Positions 13,226-26,479 of a stretch of DNA of 64,000 bases are shown here, in pieces. Below the pieces are notes generated by a model that had not been told where the DNA came from, did not search any database, and was given only the letters and a program-made list of their open reading frames with translations. The translations under genes were made by a program, and so were the position numbers. Within the stretch, counting starts at the first letter, position 1, and each line of letters starts with the position of its first letter. Source of the stretch: Lampris incognitus (lineage: Eukaryota); contig NC_079220.1 in the NCBI RefSeq assembly GCF_029633865.1, positions 16,850,216 through 16,914,215 of the forward strand, read 5' to 3'.

Positions 13226-14511
13226 ACAATTTACAGAAATCTGCCCAGCAATTGCATGGTCAATACTGATGACAGGAGGGCCACTAAAGCGTTCCTGTGA
13301 CCTGGTGGACCTCAGACTGGATTCGATCAGCTTCACCTTTGAAAAGCTCGTCTCTGCTTCCGGTCACTGGAAAAGAGTAAGACACATTTTGAGAGCAGTC
13401 AGCAAATTTGGATAAATTTCTGAGAGCTCCCTTTTCTGTATAAATATCAGCACCTCAAGCAGGGTCATAGTCACGAACAGCACCGGCGCATGCACTTTTT
13501 CCGCTCTAGGCGAAAAAACAATTATGCCGCCCCCCTATTGCACCGTACCATAGCAACAACAACATCCAAAGGCCAATATGCCAGACACATAAAGCAAAAA
13601 CCAGAAACAACACATCACGCAAATAGTCTAGTGCAACGCTACTGTAGCCAAAGTGTCAACACTATGCATGATGCAATATGTAGGCATTTTGCAGATCCAT
13701 ATGCTAATAGTGCACCAAACAGATCTGCATAACTCCAGTAACCTGGTTCCAAACCATTTAAAGCAGAGTCACGTACAGGCACGTGCAGCTATTTTCCAAA
13801 TAATCCACTTTCAGCTCCTCAAACTAAATAATACCAGTAAAAATCTCTCCTTTACACCACGTCCTCATGTGCATCAAACACACACATTTAAAACAACAAT
13901 TAGATGGTGAATAAGGCTTACCTTCAGAAGTGTACACGGCGGGTTTATTTTTCTCTCTCGAAGACAATTGAATTTGGTGTCAGTAGGCCCGGCTACCATT
14001 GGCTCGTGAGCAATGGGGGCGGGAGGCCGGGTAGGGAGGCAGCTGCAGGTGCAGCGTGATTGACACATCCCCCAGCAACTTTAACTGTGTGTATAGAATG
14101 CATAGCCGAGCCGAGTGAGCCTGCAGTTACTGCTGTTGGCCACTCCGCGATTTTGCTCATGAATAGTTGGCCCACATTTTGCTGCCCTTGCTGATTGCCT
14201 AGTTTGCCTATTGGGACGCACTGGCAGTGGTTGCGAAACCGATCATGCAAATGTCACCATTCTGAATTTTTGTGTGTGGGCGCCCTGTGCCACCCCCGGC
14301 AAGATGCAGCCCAGGGCGGCTGCCCATACCAACCATACCTAAATCTGCCACTGCACTTAGGCCTATCAGCTGAGCGCTGGATCCTGTCTAGTTTGTATTC
14401 TCTCGGCATTTTAGTGTCATTGTGTGTGTGCCAGAGACTGGACCGTTTGCCAAGTTGCATAAGAAGGTTACTCTCTTTCGACCTGTCTCCCCATCTAACC
14501 CGGTAAAGGCA

Positions 14512-14513
<2 letters not shown>

Positions 14514-14591
<78 letters not shown>

Positions 14592-14596
14592 TGTGT
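14514..14596. repeat. (TG)n microsatellite, about 40 units
   Basis: direct. Confidence 0.95.
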
Positions 14597-16206
14597 TTCT
14601 GTGTCTACTCATGACAGTGTGTACACGCAAACCGAAGACTTTTGAGGCCACCGTAACAGAACTGAATAAATACTTCATTTCTTACGCCTAACCCATGCAT
14701 GTTTACAGAAGTTATCAAAGAATGCGTTTACATATTATTGTAGCCTCAGTTAGCAGGAAAGCTAACTGAGTAGCACTCTGTAAATAATGGTATGAGATAT
14801 TGTAATATACTCCCCCTTGAATATCCCCTAAATATTCTCTTCCCATCTTCACTGAAACAGAACTAATCCACCATCAGCTTGGTGCCAAATAAGCATGCTG
14901 AGATGAACCATAATGTCAGAAGATGTTCTTGCTTTGAACCTTTGGGTTTAGTTGTCCCATTGGGTATGATGAGTGACAGTACGGTGCACCAATCAGAGTG
15001 CGTCGGTGGGTGTAGGCGTGAGGTGACATAAGGCCGGGAGGAGGAAGAGTCCCAAGCACCGCCTTCCATTTTGCACCCTCACCGACTATGTAGCATGCCT
15101 GTTTACTAATCACATTATGCAGAAATGGCTCTCGGCTCAGTGTCAATGCAAGTGCTAGCTTTCATGACTTTTGCTATTGTCGTACGTGTACACTATTTTA
15201 TATGGTATCTGCTTGCGCTACCTCTCGAAGTTGCCTCAACCTATGAGTGTTTGATAGAATAATGCCGCACATTAGTTTCACATCGACTTAGCTGATTTTT
15301 GACAGACTGTTAAATCTCTTGTGATATTGTTTTTATTTTGTTCTGCTGTGACACTACTGCTACTGATACTACTGGAGTTACTGGGTCTCCACCATTTCTT
15401 TAGTTGATATGGTGTAATTTTGATATAACTGCAGTTTTTTTATTGTACAAACTTAAAGAGTTACTGCATAGCACCAATATATGGCTTCTGTTCAATGAAA
15501 GGTATCAGTCCTGGTGGAAATCTCAGCACTCTGTGCGAATATGGTAATATCCTCATAGCAAATCTTCCAACAGTGCGCCCCTGCTGGTTGAAATCTGCCA
15601 CAGGCATGCAGTCCCTAACGCTTATGTGTCCAAGTATTTGAAGAATAACAATCTACTGTATATGCTGCGTAGGTATTGCATTTTGTGAGGTCAAGTTCAC
15701 GTGATCTAGACAAGAAGTTCAGTAGTGCTAGCTGGAGAAACACCGTTCTCTCTCATCAAATTTATTTGTGGTTACTCAGGTTTTCCTTCACTTTTTATTT
15801 TCAATCTTTTATAAAAGCACCTAAATATCCACTCTTGTATTTTTGTATCTCAAGTCTCATTGTGTGGATCTCCTTTCTATCTATGATACTCTTCTGTTTG
15901 TAATGCTCGATAATAACCTGCCTCCTCTTCCTTGTCTCGAGATGAGGAGGAGGATGCTGTTAGCATGAACAACCACAGACCACAGCCAGTTTCATTGTGT
16001 TGTCCTCTACTTATATTGATTGCTGCCATTTTGAATCCGAACTTTTTTTTTGGTGCCTGTGCATGCCTTAAAATGACCCTTTTGGAACAAATATGGGTGT
16101 TCACAACATGTTTATCAAAAGCACTGTTGATCTTGCCTACTGATATTGAATATTCTGATTGTGTTTGAAGGGAATAAACCCCAATTGAATACTATCAGGG
16201 TTGTAC

Positions 16207-16440
16207 TAGTCAAGTCAAGTCAATTTTATTTGTATAGCCCAATATCACAAATTACAAATTTGCCTCAGTGGGCTTAACAGCAACACAACAACCTGTCCTT
16301 AGACCCTCTCGTCGGATAAGGAACTCCCTGTAAAAAAAACCCTTTAACAGGGAGAAAAAATAGGAAGAAACCTGAGGGAGAACAGCAGAGGAGGGATCTC
16401 TCTCCCAAGACGGACAACGTGCAATGGATGTGTTTACACA
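16207..16440 (-). repeat. same 215 bp repeat family, copy 2
   Basis: as above. Confidence 0.6.
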
Positions 16441-16959
16441 ACTTACACAATACAACATTAAAAGAGGATAACAGAATTATAATGGACTTATACATTTTAT
16501 GAAGAATATGATGCGCAGGATGCCAAGCAGAGTCCAGTCACCACTGGAACAGTCCAGGACCCAAGCCACGCGACCAGCATCATTATGTAAATAAATAAAT
16601 ATATATATATGGATTTATAAGGTATATAAAATGTGATGAGGGGAATGCCAGGCAGCATCCAAGTGGCGACCACCATCACCACAGAGACCTGGGAGGAGCC
16701 CTGACAGCACGTGCACACAAGGGAGACTGACATCACACCATTCACACACAGAAAAAGAGAAAGGAGAAGACATCATTCAGAGAGAGAGAAAAGACATGTG
16801 AGAGAAGAGAACAGTTTGCATTAGTCATAATCAATTAAGTCATCAATTAGTCATAATCTATACGCTATAATCTCGTCGGCAGAACAGTGGTTGGTAAATT
16901 CATTGAGACAGAAACAGAACCGCCATGCAGTACAGGTTGTGAAGCACTCAACTTAAAGG

Positions 16960-17740
16960 CAACTAATTGTAAGGTAAGGCAAAAAGATGAGTTTTAAGTT
17001 TGGATTTAAAGGACTTAACAGACTCTGATTGTCTGATGGCAGCAGGCAGGTTATTCCACAAGAAAGGGGCCTGACAGGAAAAGGCCCTCAGAAAAAGCCG
17101 ACTTCTTTTTAACTTTGGGTACACACAGGAGCCCGGTATTTTAAGAGGGAAGAGCTCGAGATGGACTGTACGGTTTAAGATCAGATATGTAAGATGGGGC
17201 AAGCCCATTTAGGATTTTATAAGTCAGCAGAAGTACCTTGAAGTCTGATCTAACATGGATAGGAAGCCAATGGAGGGAGGCAAGAATTGGTGTAATATGG
17301 TCAGATTTCCTAGATTTAGTTAGGATTCTAGCTGCAGCATTCTGAACCATCTTAGTACCAGCATGTGGCAGACCTGAAAACAACATTACAGTAATCAAGT
17401 CTGGATGAAACAAATGCATGTGTTAGAGTCTCTGCGTCAGCCATGGACAGGAAAGACTGAATTTTAGCTCTGTTACGTAAGGGAAAAAAGGCAGTCTTGT
17501 TGATTACTTTAATGTGCTTATCAAAGGAAAGGCTGGGATCAAATGTAACACCAAGATTGTTGGCTGCCACATTTTGTGAAACCACAGGGTTGTCGATTGT
17601 TATCGTTACTTGATCAAATTGGTGTCTGTGTCTAGCAGGGCCAATGACCAGCATCTCAGATTTACCTGAATTTAAAAGCAGCAGTTTTTCACAGTAGCCA
17701 AGCAGGCCTCTAGCCAGTGAATACATACTGTGCATGTAAA
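16960..17740 (-). mobile_element. L2/CR1-clade LINE 3' fragment (RT C-terminal region), frameshifted
   Basis: minus ORFs give ...LGVTFDPSLSFDKHIKVINKTAFFPLRNRAKI...LTHAFVSSRLDYCNVVF / ...LFSGLPHAGTKMVQNAAARILTKSRKSDHITPILASLHWLPIHVRSDFKVLLLTYKILNGLAPSYISDL...SRALPS, the characteristic L2-type RT tail. Confidence 0.65.
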
Positions 17741-18138
17741 GTTGGACGTCGTTGCAATGGACCGATGCCCGTAATGATTACACTGACATTCTGTTGAATT
17801 TAGCAAGTATTTTTTCAGTATATCTGTTTAACAGAAGCACATTATACAATGAAGGTAGTAGCCCCTGTGTAATGTTTATACCCCCCCCCTTTTGTATACA
17901 CTGTACCCAGTTGTTTGAAAAATACCCATCGGCTTTCATCGCAAGAATCCGACACTTTCAAGCATCTCAAATTCTTAAAATAACACAAAATGTAGGATTT
18001 CATAAGTTAACGTTGGTCACAAAAATTGTTTTGTGCAAACGGGAAATGTGTTTTTGCTTTGGCTCCACATGCACGCCTCTTGCAGGAAATGTCACACCAT
18101 GATGTTTGCCATCATAAGGCTGGGCTTTACAAGCAGAT

Positions 18139-18171
18139 GTCTAAGCACGCACGCACGCACGCACGCGCACG

Positions 18172-18200
<29 letters not shown>
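18139..18200. repeat. (CACG)n/(CA)n compound microsatellite
   Basis: direct. Confidence 0.9.
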
Positions 18201-18202
<2 letters not shown>

Positions 18203-18373
18203 AGACAGTCTTGTTTTGTAGACATATTTGTGTGAGATGAAAGAGGGAGAGCAGTGGAGAGGAAGATGCAGAGAGTAGGCTTCATGTTTTTTTTTTGCAC
18301 CGTTTTCAGGACATTCAGGTTGTCAGGGCAACGGTTGGCAGGGAGGGAGACCAACTGGAGAAACTGGGATAGG

Positions 18374-18406
<33 letters not shown>

Positions 18407-19107
18407 AGGGGGTCTGGCTCCTCACAGTTAATAAAAAAAACCCTCTCTCATTTGAATTTTAAATTCAGATAAATTATTAAGAGACTCTCCCACTGTGGCT
18501 CGACGAGCGCAGGGCGAGCGAGAGACAGAGAGCGGGACATCAAAAGGAAGAGGAAAAGCAGGGGAGCTCAAGGAAGGAGGAGGACGGGTAGAGTCTATAG
18601 GAAGAGGAACGACAAAAAGCCTAAACAATGGCAGAAAAGAAAAGGACGTTTCCAAGACTGAACAGCAGCGTGTGTGTCGCGCTGCGTGTGTGGAGGGGGC
18701 AGATGTACCGTTGGTCATTGACAAAATGGAAGCAAACAAAAGGAGAACACACCACCGGCGTTCAGCACAGTGTCACGAAAAGACTGGACACCAAAGCACC
18801 AAGTGAGCCGCACACACCCCGTACAGGACAGAGCGGTGCCGTGACCAACAGGACATATACACACAGATAGGAGGCAAAGAAAAATACAGACAGACAGGTG
18901 GACAAACAGGCAGACAGGCAGGCAGACAGGTGGACCAGCAAGAGAGAAACCCAAAGAGGGAGAGAAACAGAAAAAGAGGAAGACATGAAGACAGAGATGT
19001 AGATAAAGGATGTGTGGGGGGGGCAGTGTGTCATAATGCAGTTGAGCGTGGTTAGAGAGGAGAAGCGAGGAGGGGGGGGTCACACTGTAAAATGTTAGGT
19101 AGGCAAT

Positions 19108-19228
<121 letters not shown>

Positions 19229-19662
19229 AAATGACTGTATCAAAGCCTCACACAGATGGAGAAATGTGTTCACCATGCTTCTCTGTGTGGAACTGGGCGT
19301 GACTGCATCGGATGTATTTGGAAAGTCGTTGGTTTGATGTTCCTGGCAAGTTCATTTAAGGATATAAAGCCATATTTTAATATATTTTCACGCCAATTCC
19401 TCTTCCCTCGCTGTTCTCTGGTGTGTGTGTGTGTGTGTCTGTGTGTCTGTGTGTGTGTGTATGCCAGGTTTTCCTGTCAAATGCCTCCATTAGGATAGAA
19501 AAACCTGAAACTACCTACCCTGTGGGCACATTTTATGGGTCCCCATGAAGAAAATGGCCCCATTTTAGGGTTAGATTAGAATTAGGATTGGGTTAAGGTT
19601 AGGGCTAAGGGCTAGGAAATGAATGTAGTCAATGAGGGGTCCCCACAAGTACAGGGTGACAT

Positions 19663-19773
<111 letters not shown>

Positions 19774-20995
19774 AAGGCCAACCAGCCCCTCCATCCATCT
19801 GATGGGAGGTAAACACTCCACATTGTGGCGTTTCTCTGGGAGAGCATAATCGGCTGGTTGGTTGGTTGGTTGCTTGGCTTGTTGTGTGGGGGGGGGGTAA
19901 GAGGGGAGGGGGCTTGAGGCAGAGAAGGGCTCTCCGGAGAAAAGGCGTTTCAGAGAAAGTGATGCACACAGCCACTTTGCGGTGAAAAAATGCTCTGTAA
20001 TGACATAGCCACATAGCACCGCTCAGGAAAAGCTTCTCTCTGTGTGTGCAAGGGTTACTTGATGCAACACGCAGGAAAGATGATGAGAAGTTTTTGTTGT
20101 TGTATTTTTTTAATCTTAATTAAACCAGATAAACATCTGTGCTTTTTTCCCCCCAGCACTCCCCGGTGTCACATTTGCATTGCTGCATCCCCCCCCCCCC
20201 CCCGGCCGGAGACCTGCCCAGTAGTAAATGCCTTTTAAAGTGACTTTCTGTTGCTTCTGCTTGTGTTAAACAGCTTCTTTCCAAAGGCGCTGTATGAATA
20301 AAGTTTATTTTCATTATTATATTATTATTAAAACCACAACCTCCTGCTGCCGGGCGGCCTCAGCAGATCCGAGGAGGGCTGGGTGCCTTGCTCATGGGTG
20401 TCTCAGTGGGATTTGTACCATGAGCATGAAGTGATATGAAAGATATCGTGTGCGTATGTAAAACGCCCCGAACTTTTAATGATTTCCCCTTTTATTTCTG
20501 TTATTTATCCACATATTATGCAGCAGAAACGACACGACTATTTTCCTCTGCCTTTTTTTTTTACATGTATTTTTCTTACTTCTTCCATTCTACTGCCCCC
20601 CCCCCCAAGCTGGCGGCAGACTTACTACAGAATATAACATCCCTCCACCTCTTGTGGAGTATAACCATTAAGTCAAGTCAACTTTATTTGTATAGCCCAA
20701 TATCTCAAATTACATTTTTGCCTCAGTGGGCTTTACAGCAACACAACATCTTGTCCTTAGACCCTCTCATCGGATAAGGACAAAGTAAAGACATGTCATT
20801 GCTTTGACATAAACTCCCGTGAACACTCACAGATGAGTAAATATGGGTCTAACCAAATAACATCATGTTCACTGAAAGAACAACATAAAAGCAGCTAACT
20901 CAAGAGTGGGAGTAGACTGCCCCAGCTCTGACCTGACCTATCCCGTAATCTCTCGAGAGGTCATTGGGGCACTGCTGTTGAATCCGCAACCAGTC

Positions 20996-21358
20996 CTAGC
21001 CATCTCTGTCTGTCCTCAACTGCCTCTGTAAGCTGGCAAAGTCAAAGCCTGTCCACTCTCTGATGTTACATAGCCATTGCTTCTGCTGTCTTCCTTGTCT
21101 TCGCCCGCCCCTCACTGTGCCCTGCAGGATGGTCTTGGTAAGGCCAGAACTTCTCGAGATGTGACCATACCATTTCAGTTTTCTCTTCTGGACGATTGTC
21201 AACAAGTCTTCATGTGCTCCAATAGCTTGTGTAATGCTTCTTCTCACATCTTCATTCGTAATATGGTTTCTATATGAGATGCCTAGAATCTTTCTGTAGC
21301 ACCTCATCTCCATTGCGCTTATTCTTCTTCGGAGATCTGCTGTGTGTCCAAGTTTCAC
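20996..21358 (-). mobile_element. non-LTR retrotransposon RT C-terminal tail fragment (RTE/L2-like ...LKWYGHISR...GGRRQGRQQKQW... motif)
   Basis: minus ORF MRCYRKILGISYRNHITNEDVRRSITQAIGAHEDLLTIVQKRKLKWYGHISRSSGLTKTILQGTVRGGRRQGRQQKQWLCNIREWTG; same motif type as 35676-35885. Confidence 0.55.
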
Positions 21359-22215
21359 AAGTGTATAAAAAGATGGAGATGACTAGTGAGTGCATCACTA
21401 GCTCTGGTGGACTCAAAACTTAAAACACTCATGGGTCACGGCACCAAAGATGTAACCCTGTCTTTCAGGCGGTGAGCCCCAGAAGGTCCCTGCGTTGTGT
21501 TAGGTGATGTGTACCAGGGCCGGGAAGACAGACAGGGAACAGGACTCCATGTGGCAGTTGGGGCAGAACAGATTGCTCTCATTTATTTTCTTAAAAACGC
21601 AGAAAAAAACTTATCAGTTTAAACATAATATAAAATAAACTTCAGCTGCCTCTATCAAGACGTTAGTGATTAGCCAGCCACAACACACTTTTGGCTTTTT
21701 TAGCGATGCCAAGATAAGCTAGCTCACCCATACCACACAATTAGCGATTAGCACAAACATCTTTTCAACATAAAATTTACAAAAAATGGTTCCATCCTGC
21801 ACATAATAACACTTGGAGCAGGTGTGCTGCATAAGGTTATAACATATACAGGGATCTTAACGGTTTAAACTTTAGTGTTTTCAGTCGTACAGCGCTCAGA
21901 AAACCTCCTTACCTTAAACACAATGAACAAAACTAATCTACGGTGGCTGTGGAGGACCAAAAAAACTCAAGACTATGGCAGAGCATAACAGAAACATATA
22001 GAAAAACACACGAACGTGGACTCAAAACAGGGATTACTGTGCCCCAACAAGTTCTGGCCACTCTAACTACAAATCAAGTTTTTTTTGGGGGGGGGGTTTC
22101 CTTGACCTACAGGAAAGGCAAGGGCCCTCGTACCCTATTTCCTCCTCCCTAATGTCAGGCTCAGTATTGGATGGCTGAGGTGGCTGCTCAGCTCCCCCCC
22201 CCCGACAGCTTGTGG

Positions 22216-23788
22216 TCATTGTGCCTGGTCCTCAGGCTCTGTATATGGTGGCTGAGTTGATTGTTCAGCTCTGTAGCCATCAGCGTCCCAGTTGGCCTTG
22301 GGGTTTTGCCGCTGGTCTTCACTCAGCGGGTGGTGCCTGTCTGGCTCTCTTCTTAGTAATAGGTGGTCCACATGATGTCTAAGCACCTGGCTTTCCACCT
22401 TCACTCTGTAGGTGAGAGGACATGTGCTGGTGACCCAAATGTGACCCAAATGTACCCATTTCTTATGGCTTGTGAAATCTCTTACCCATACTTCTGCACC
22501 TGATGCCAGTGTTCTGGTTGGCCTGGTGCTGTTTTTTCTACAGATCATGCGCTCTTGGTTCTGGAATACTTTAGCATGAGCATGCAGTCTTAGCAGGTCA
22601 AACCTGGTTCTGACAGGACGGCTGAATAAAATCTCTGCTGGTGAGCTGTCTGTTGCTGCATGTGGTGTTGATCTGTATACCGCCAAGAACCTTGATATGC
22701 GCATCTTTAGTGATCCTCCTGATCCCACGGTTTTCTTCAGGGCCCTCCTAACTGTTTGAACAGCTCTTTCAACTAACCCATTTGTGGAAGGCTTGTAGGG
22801 GGCAGATGTTATGTGTTTTATGCCATTGGATGTCAAAAATCCCTTAAACTCAGCACTCGTGAAAATTGCTGCATTGTCTGACACGACAGTATGGGGAAAG
22901 CCATGAGTGCTGAACATCTCCCTTAGGTGCTCAACTGTTGCTGCTGACATGGTTACTCGGACAGGGCAAACTTCAAGCCATTTCGAATGTGCGTCTACTG
23001 CTATCAGGAACATCTGCCCCAGAAATAGACCTGCATAGTCTATGTGAATGCGCGTCCATGGTTTACCAGGCCATTCCCAAGGTGAGACTGTTGTATACCT
23101 ATTGACACGTGGTACAGGCTTGCACTTTCAATTCTATTTCATTATCCAATCCAGGCCACCACATATGAGCTCTGGCTGTTGCCTTCATTCTCGAGATTCC
23201 TGGCTGTGGTTCATGAAGCTTCTCCAGCAGTATTTCACGAGCATGTGGTGGCACCACAACACAGAGTCCCCAGAGCAGAATGGCATCTTCTACACAGAGC
23301 TCAGCCTGCCTTCTGAAGAATGGACGTAAAACCTCAGCTGGGAAGGTGGCAGGCCATCCCTCTTTGACAAAGCGACACACTTTAGCAAGCAAAGGATCCC
23401 TACAAGTCCACTGCTTCAGCTGATGACTAGTAATAGGAGCAGTCTGAAGCTGTTTCAATAAGTATGTCAACTTGGTTGGCCTGTGTGTGTCCATGGGCAT
23501 TTCTGGGAGGGGAAGCTTGCTCAGGCAATCAGCGTTTGCAATGGAGGGTCCTAGCCTGTATCTGAGGACATACTGATATTGAGCAAGTAGTAGTGCCCAG
23601 CACTGAAGGCACGGTGATGCAGCTGGCTGAATGTTTTTAAGCTCACCTAGTAGACCCAGTAGGGGCTTGTGGTCAGTTTGGATGGCGCAGTTACAGTCAT
23701 AAACACATTGGTGGAACTTCTTCACAGCAAAAATTCCGCCTACACTCGAGTGATGTACCTTTGCCTTTGCGTCGCTCACGTAGTTCAC
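22216..23788 (-). mobile_element. LTR-retrotransposon pol fragment: RNase H end, integrase HHCC zinc finger and DDE core (Gypsy or BEL/Pao-type), frameshifted
   Basis: ORF 23099..23788 contains IQTDHKPLLGLL and ...HMWWPGLDNEIELKVQACTTCQ; ORF 22216..23013 contains IAVDAHSKWLEVCPV...TVVSDNAAIFTSAEFKGFLTSNGIKHITSAPYKPSTNGLVERAVQTVRRALKK (integrase core); no LTRs identified. Confidence 0.7.
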
Positions 23789-24203
23789 AATATGGTAAGT
23801 TATTTCTTACTGTTGCTTTTACCTCGTCGCTAATGTTATTCATCCACATACTATTATACAGCAGAAATGACACAACTGTTCAGTAACCGTCCACATCAGC
23901 TGTTTATTTTCCTGTCTTTTTTACGTCTTTTTCTGACTTCGCCCTTCTACTGCCCCCCAGTGGGCCGCAGACTAACTACAGGATATAACAATTTCATTGA
24001 AGGTACAACATACGTCCTATTTTGACAGAATTCAACTTAAGACTTGGGTTAAGAATGATAAAAAAGGACAAAGCTCAAGGCCAAAGACGAGCTTTCTGTT
24101 TAAATTATAGCCATACCCGTACTAATTTACTTCACTACATGACATGCTAAGGCAGGAATAGATTGATTAATAAGTCTGGTAAGATAATAATTACTTTCTT
24201 TTG

Positions 24204-24975
24204 CGGGGGCATCTGGGTAGGGTAGCGGTCTATTCTGTTGCCTACCAACACAGGGATCGGTGGTTAGAATCCCCGTGTTACCTGGTCAGGCGTTCCCACA
24301 GACACAATCGGCTCTGTGCATAACTGTAGTCCACTGACTTCCGGTTTCTACTGCAGCGGTCATACCAGTTTCCTGTTTGTTGCCGTGTGCTATTGACAAT
24401 GGCATATTTTTCGCGATGCCTGCAAGATTTACCATGGATAAATGTCAACGACATGCACAGAACCAGGAAATGGGTGAAAAGTTTCAAGTTGTATCAAGTT
24501 ATGACCGGACAGACAGACGGACATAAAAGTTTGTCGACAATTCTGTGCATGTCGTTGACATTTATCCATGGTAAATCTTGCAAGCATCGCGAAAAATATG
24601 CCATTGTCAATAGCACACGGCAACAAACAGGAAACTGGTATGACCGCTGCAGTAGAAACCGGAAGTCAGTGGACTACAGTTATGCACAGAGTGGATTGCC
24701 TGTGTCTGCGGGTGGGAACCCGGATGTGGGTATGTGTCCTGGTCGCTGCACTAGCGCCACCTCTGGTCGGTCGGGGCGCCTGTTCAGGGGGGAGGGGGAA
24801 CTGGGGGAAATAGCGTGATCCTCCCAAGCGCTACGTCCCCCTGGTGAAAGTCCTCACTGTTAGGTGAAAAGAAGCGGCTGGAGACTCCACATATATGGAG
24901 GAGGCATGTGGTCGTCTGCAGCCCTCCCAGGATCAGCTGAGGGGTGGAGCAGCGACCGGGACGGAGAAAGAGGTA
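24204..24975 (+). mobile_element. family-2 SINE copy interrupted by a 390 bp foldback MITE
   Basis: SINE head 24204-24300 and body 24691-24975 are contiguous in other copies; intervening sequence is a hairpin element. Confidence 0.75.
24293..24690. mobile_element. foldback / MITE-like insertion: about 155 bp near-perfect terminal inverted repeats around a 78 bp loop
   Basis: left arm ctctgtgcataactgtagtccactgacttccggtttctactgcagcggtcatacc...catgcacagaa (24293-24447) and right arm 24540-24690 are reverse complements with one mismatch; generates the mirrored ORFs 24278..24487(-) and 24387..24818(+). Confidence 0.7.
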
Positions 24976-25087
24976 ATTGCAGCCTCGGCTCCAAGGCAAG
25001 CAATTTTGTTAGAGGGGCATTGTGAATAATGAGGGGGAGGGGAATATTAACATGGAAAATTACCAATCTGACCACTGTCAAAGGCAC

Positions 25088-25088
25088 C

Positions 25089-25158
<70 letters not shown>
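25088..25158. repeat. (CA)n about 26 units then (TA)8
   Basis: direct. Confidence 0.95.
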
Positions 25159-25789
25159 GTAGACAAATAAAGGCTTGCAATCTAATTGGCACAAAACATA
25201 GCAACTTGTTCCCAGCTTATGCATCTTAGTACAACCACTTCCCATACAGAAAAGGTAGGGCCTATAGCCATCAGTCCACATCCACTAGGGCGAGTGGCAA
25301 TAATATCTCTCATGCGCATTCTCGCTTAACCCACTCACAAATAGGGTGGGTCTTGGCAGCCAGTCACACAACTTTAAATGGCACAACAGATACCTTCCAC
25401 AATAATTTTGCTAAATAGAACAGAATATTGAACTCACCGATTAGTAGAGTTGAAGGCGGTGATTCCGCTGCGAGTTGACTCTCCGCATGACATCATCTTT
25501 CCACTTGCATCTGCACATCAGCAGTCTCTGCACTGGCTATGGTCAACAGCCGTTCCCTCACCTCATAATTATCTGCTACAAATCGCAGAACAATGGAAAT
25601 ATTCTCAACCCGTTGGGTCCCGTGTGCCGTCCGCTTTAATAGCACACCAGGACTCGCCAATTTCATCAACAATTTTCTCTGTCAGTATATCACTCATTAT
25701 GCTAATCAACTCGTTTTATCTGGTGTGTGAAGTATATCGTGCATTTTCGGGTATCATCATCAATATTTTCTGTAATACTTGATCTTTCC

Positions 25790-26160
25790 TTAGAGTGTAT
25801 TCAAATAAAGAGAGAAACAGGCCACAACTGTCCCCCTTTTGTGACTGAAACCAATGATAGCAGAGAGATAATAATGATTTCTCGCTAACTGCTCTGTGTT
25901 GACCATTGTCAATACCTCTTTGCCAGTGTTTGCTCGTTTTATCCCTCTATTTCCATATTCACCATGTTGTGGGAGTGCAGGAAAACAACACCGATACAGC
26001 ACAATCTCTCGTGGCAACAAGCTAACGGCTAGGCTGTTAAAAACATGGTTCCGCTTTCTGGGAAACTCTAAACCGTGGCTCCGTCATAACTCTGAACGTC
26101 TTCTTTAAAGGAGCAGCAGCCCCTGGTGAATCTATCCTCCATTGTGTATCACCACACAGC
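25790..26160 (-). mobile_element. LINE fragment (EN/ORF2 N-terminal region) of the same family as the LINE at 37.6-42.7 kb
   Basis: about 200 bp nucleotide identity 25950-26160 vs 40935-41170 and shared peptide LPREIVLYRC / VDSPGAAAPLKKTF vs RVDSPGAAAPLRQTF. Confidence 0.55.
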
Positions 26161-26479
26161 CCCCCCCCACTCCCCCAGAATTCACCATCACGAAAAAATG
26201 CAAAACAGTAATGTAACACAACAGTACTCAATGAAACACAAACAGCCAACAGACGAACAGTCCCCAGTGAAACAGTCAACGTCTCGGGGGGCGGACCAGG
26301 CGGCCAAAATGGCTGTGCTGAAAGGGTATGGGGGCAGGGGCGGGGGCAAGGGCAGGGGGAGGGGACAGAGCTGGAGCCCTGGTAGGGGCCGAGGCTGGGC
26401 CGGTGGCCCGAGATGGGGGCAACACCGCCATGGGGGCAGGGCTAGTTCGACTGGCCCACCCAGGTCCAAATGGCCAGGC

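Noticed and set aside
26290-26460. Glycine/arginine-rich ORF 26126..26539 (GYGGRGGGKGRGRGQSWSPGRGRG)
   Set aside because: Antisense of the Gypsy integrase C-terminus in a GC-rich stretch; not an RGG-box protein gene
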